Origin: a virus
IMG/VR virus record: IMGVR_UViG_3300045988_133735
DNA length: 64,000 nucleotides
Strand: one strand, 5' to 3'
Shown here: positions 62,397 to 64,000 of the stretch, in pieces
How the letters are laid out: the number at the start of each line of letters is the position of its first letter
How positions within the stretch are numbered: position 1 is the stretch's first letter
Translations under genes and position numbers: made by a program
Notes under the pieces: model-generated
Told to the model about the DNA's origin: nothing
Databases searched by the model: none
What the model saw: the letters and a program-made list of their open reading frames with translations, nothing else

Positions 62397-62465
62397 GTGG
62401 CTGTAGCTCAGATGGTAGAGCAGCAAGCTAACTGCGCGCCGTTGGTTCAAGTCCAACCAGTCACT
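62397..62465 (+). pseudogene. Aberrant tRNA-like gene with truncated anticodon arm
   Basis: Canonical acceptor (GTGGCTG/CAGTCAC), D arm (GCTC-AGATGGTA-GAGC) and T arm (GTTGG-TTCAAGT-CCAAC). Only 19 nt lie between the D and T arms, where 22-23 are expected. The best fold is a 3-bp stem GCA/TGC around AGCTAAC. No CCA is encoded. Confidence 0.4.
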
Positions 62466-62584
62466 CCGATGCCCGCTTATAGGGTCTCATTCCTCCTATT
62501 CGGGCTTTACCTCTTTTCTTCCTTGTTATTCCCGGCTCCATGGCGAATGCTGTGGCAATAAGGCGTAGTAAGCTGGGTTTATAT

Positions 62585-62659
62585 GCAGCGGTCGTACATC
62601 GGCTAGTATATCAGCCTTCCAAGCTGAGGAGGTGGGTTCGACTCCCATTCGCTGCTCCA
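62585..62659 (+). tRNA. tRNA-Gly (TCC), CCA encoded
   Basis: Acceptor GCAGCGG/TCGCTGC, anticodon stem TCAGC/GCTGA, loop CTTCCAA, T loop TTCGACT. Confidence 0.8.
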
Positions 62660-62967
62660 TCGTGTGCGACGGTTTGAGACTCCTACATGCAAATCCAGCC
62701 GGGTAAGTCCGTCCACAACCGGTGTAGGTAGACATCTTTACTCATTAGGTCTCTAACTAAATGAGGAATAGAAAATCAGTTGTTCCAGCTAGATCGGGGA
62801 TTGGCCGTTCATTGGCAAACGACAGGCATCACACCGGTAAATGATGCTGAGCCAAATAGGAAGGGGAATAAGGTGCAAGTCGAGTAGCTGTCGGACGAAT
62901 ACTCTTCAGGTAGCCAGTAAACTGGAACGTAAAACGAATGTTGGCTGTTTCTGATTTTCTTTTATAT

Positions 62968-63054
62968 GCTACCATGATGTAACTGGCAGGCATGAGGGAC
63001 TTAAAATCCCTTGCTGGAAACAGCGTGCGGGTTCAAGTCCCGCTGGTAGCACCA
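62968..63054 (+). tRNA. tRNA-Leu (TAA), class II, CCA encoded
   Basis: Acceptor GCTACCA/TGGTAGC, anticodon stem AGGGA/TCCCT, loop CTTAAAA, long variable arm, T arm GCGGG/CCCGC. Confidence 0.8.
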
Positions 63055-63095
63055 TTGTTCGAATATCAACACATAAAAAATAGGAGCAAAACAAC

Positions 63096-63344
63096 ATGAA
63101 TATCGTTATTGAAACTAAGGACGACAAATATGTAGCCGGTGTTTATGCTGACGAGGGAGAGAATACCGAAAACGATACGATCATTGATTGTGCTGTAAAC
63201 GGGCTTCTTGCTATTATTCGTTTTTATATTCTTAAAGACGAAACCCTTACGATGGAAAACAAGAAGAATGTTGTGTCTGACCTATGCGATGAAATTAAGA
63301 AAAAGCTTTTGGAAGCAATTGAAGAGGAGAGCGCAGTCGTATGA
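63096..63344 (+). CDS. Hypothetical acidic protein (82 aa)
   Basis: TAGGAG upstream. Confidence 0.55.
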   Translation: MNIVIETKDDKYVAGVYADEGENTENDTIIDCAVNGLLAIIRFYILKDETLTMENKKNVVSDLCDEIKKKLLEAIEEESAVV

Positions 63345-63730
63345 ATTCTATTATCAGTCCGTGGGTGTTTTATCTGATTGGCATGGCTGACACCATTCAG
63401 ATTTTGGCGCTTTTCGCTTCTATTTGTTTTGTTGCCATCTCTGGTTATTTGTGGTTTGATTGGATGAATGATTTCGCTCGTTATGGAGAAAAGGATGAAG
63501 ATGTTTTAAGAGAGCGCAAGATTGTTGTAAAGGTGTCAATTGCGGCAATTGTGAGCCTAGCGATTCTTGTCTTTACCCCTTCTTCCAAGACCTGTTATAA
63601 AATGCTCGCCGCCAATATGTTTACAGAAAAGAATGTAACTGCTGCAACTGAATATGTCACTGACGTAATCGACTATGCAGTCGACAAAGTAAAAGAACTT
63701 GACCCTGCAACTGAAAATGAAAGGAGCTAA
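63341..63730 (+). CDS. Membrane protein (129 aa)
   Basis: ATGA overlap. Three hydrophobic helices. Confidence 0.55.
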   Translation: MNSIISPWVFYLIGMADTIQILALFASICFVAISGYLWFDWMNDFARYGEKDEDVLRERKIVVKVSIAAIVSLAILVFTPSSKTCYKMLAANMFTEKNVTAATEYVTDVIDYAVDKVKELDPATENERS

Positions 63731-63735
63731 ACATT

Positions 63736-64000
63736 ATGATCACCATGTCACATGAGGAAGTTCTTGAGACGATTCCGTTTATGTTTGTTTGCGAAACTCG
63801 GGAAGGTGCTCGTTGGAACAGTGGTACTCGCCGTAGGCTCTGGAACGAACAGTTTACCAAACAGGAACAAGCAGCGTGTGCAAGTTTGTTTAAGATGGCG
63901 CATGAGTGGGCGCTCATTCGCGGTGTCCCTGATGTTGTTCGGATGGATCAGTCTACATATTGGCTGTGGATCAAGCTTGGCGAGTTTTGTGAAATGCTTT
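63736..64000 (+). CDS. Hypothetical protein, 5' part (runs off the right edge)
   Basis: ATG 63736 with AAGGAG 9 nt upstream. The frame is open to the end of the window. Confidence 0.5.
   Translation, partial: MITMSHEEVLETIPFMFVCETREGARWNSGTRRRLWNEQFTKQEQAACASLFKMAHEWALIRGVPDVVRMDQSTYWLWIKLGEFCEML

Noticed and set aside
1-64000. Stop-codon reassignment (an alternative genetic code), as seen in some gut phages that carry suppressor tRNAs.
   Set aside because: Very long ORFs (1894, 1877 and 852 aa) and all the structural genes are open in the standard code. No canonical suppressor tRNA is present.

Overview
This 64-kb window looks like part of a tailed dsDNA phage or prophage. The strong AGGAGG-type Shine-Dalgarno sites suggest a Bacillota-like host. 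All calls below come from reading the sequence and the ORF track and from remembered family motifs; no search was run.

Layout:
(i) 1-29.6 kb, minus strand: the late structural operon, read right to left. It runs small-terminase candidate, TerL, portal, protease/scaffold-like protein, capsid proteins, neck proteins, major tail protein, RuvC, a chaperone-like protein, two giant tape-measure-like ORFs (1877 and 1894 aa) and a fibre gene that runs off the left edge. At 7.2-9.6 kb the operon is interrupted by a self-contained convergent gene cassette with its own consensus sigma70-type promoters.
(ii) 29.7-42.2 kb, minus strand: a leftward early/middle operon behind a host-type promoter at 42.3 kb. 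It encodes a PIN-PhoH protein, a PD-(D/E)xK-like protein, eight consecutive small ORFs that all end in C[RHK]SLL, a YonO/RdRP-like single-subunit RNA polymerase and a metallophosphoesterase.
(iii) 42.2-43.9 kb: an ORF-free divergent control region.
(iv) 43.9-64 kb, plus strand: about 45 small early genes, interrupted by unusually long, structured-looking ORF-free segments. It also holds a tmRNA, five canonical tRNAs (Met/Ile2-CAT, Leu-CAA, Leu-TAG, Gly-TCC, Leu-TAA) and two tRNA-like oddities.

I saw no integrase, transposase, CRISPR array, rRNA or evidence of stop-codon recoding.

The most unusual signal is the eight-gene C[RHK]SLL tail family at 37.1-39.8 kb. Next are the split tape-measure architecture with its inserted two-promoter cassette, the phage tmRNA, a duplicated 5'-leader RNA motif with compensatory base changes, and a 113-nt cytosine-free GGA-rich leader.
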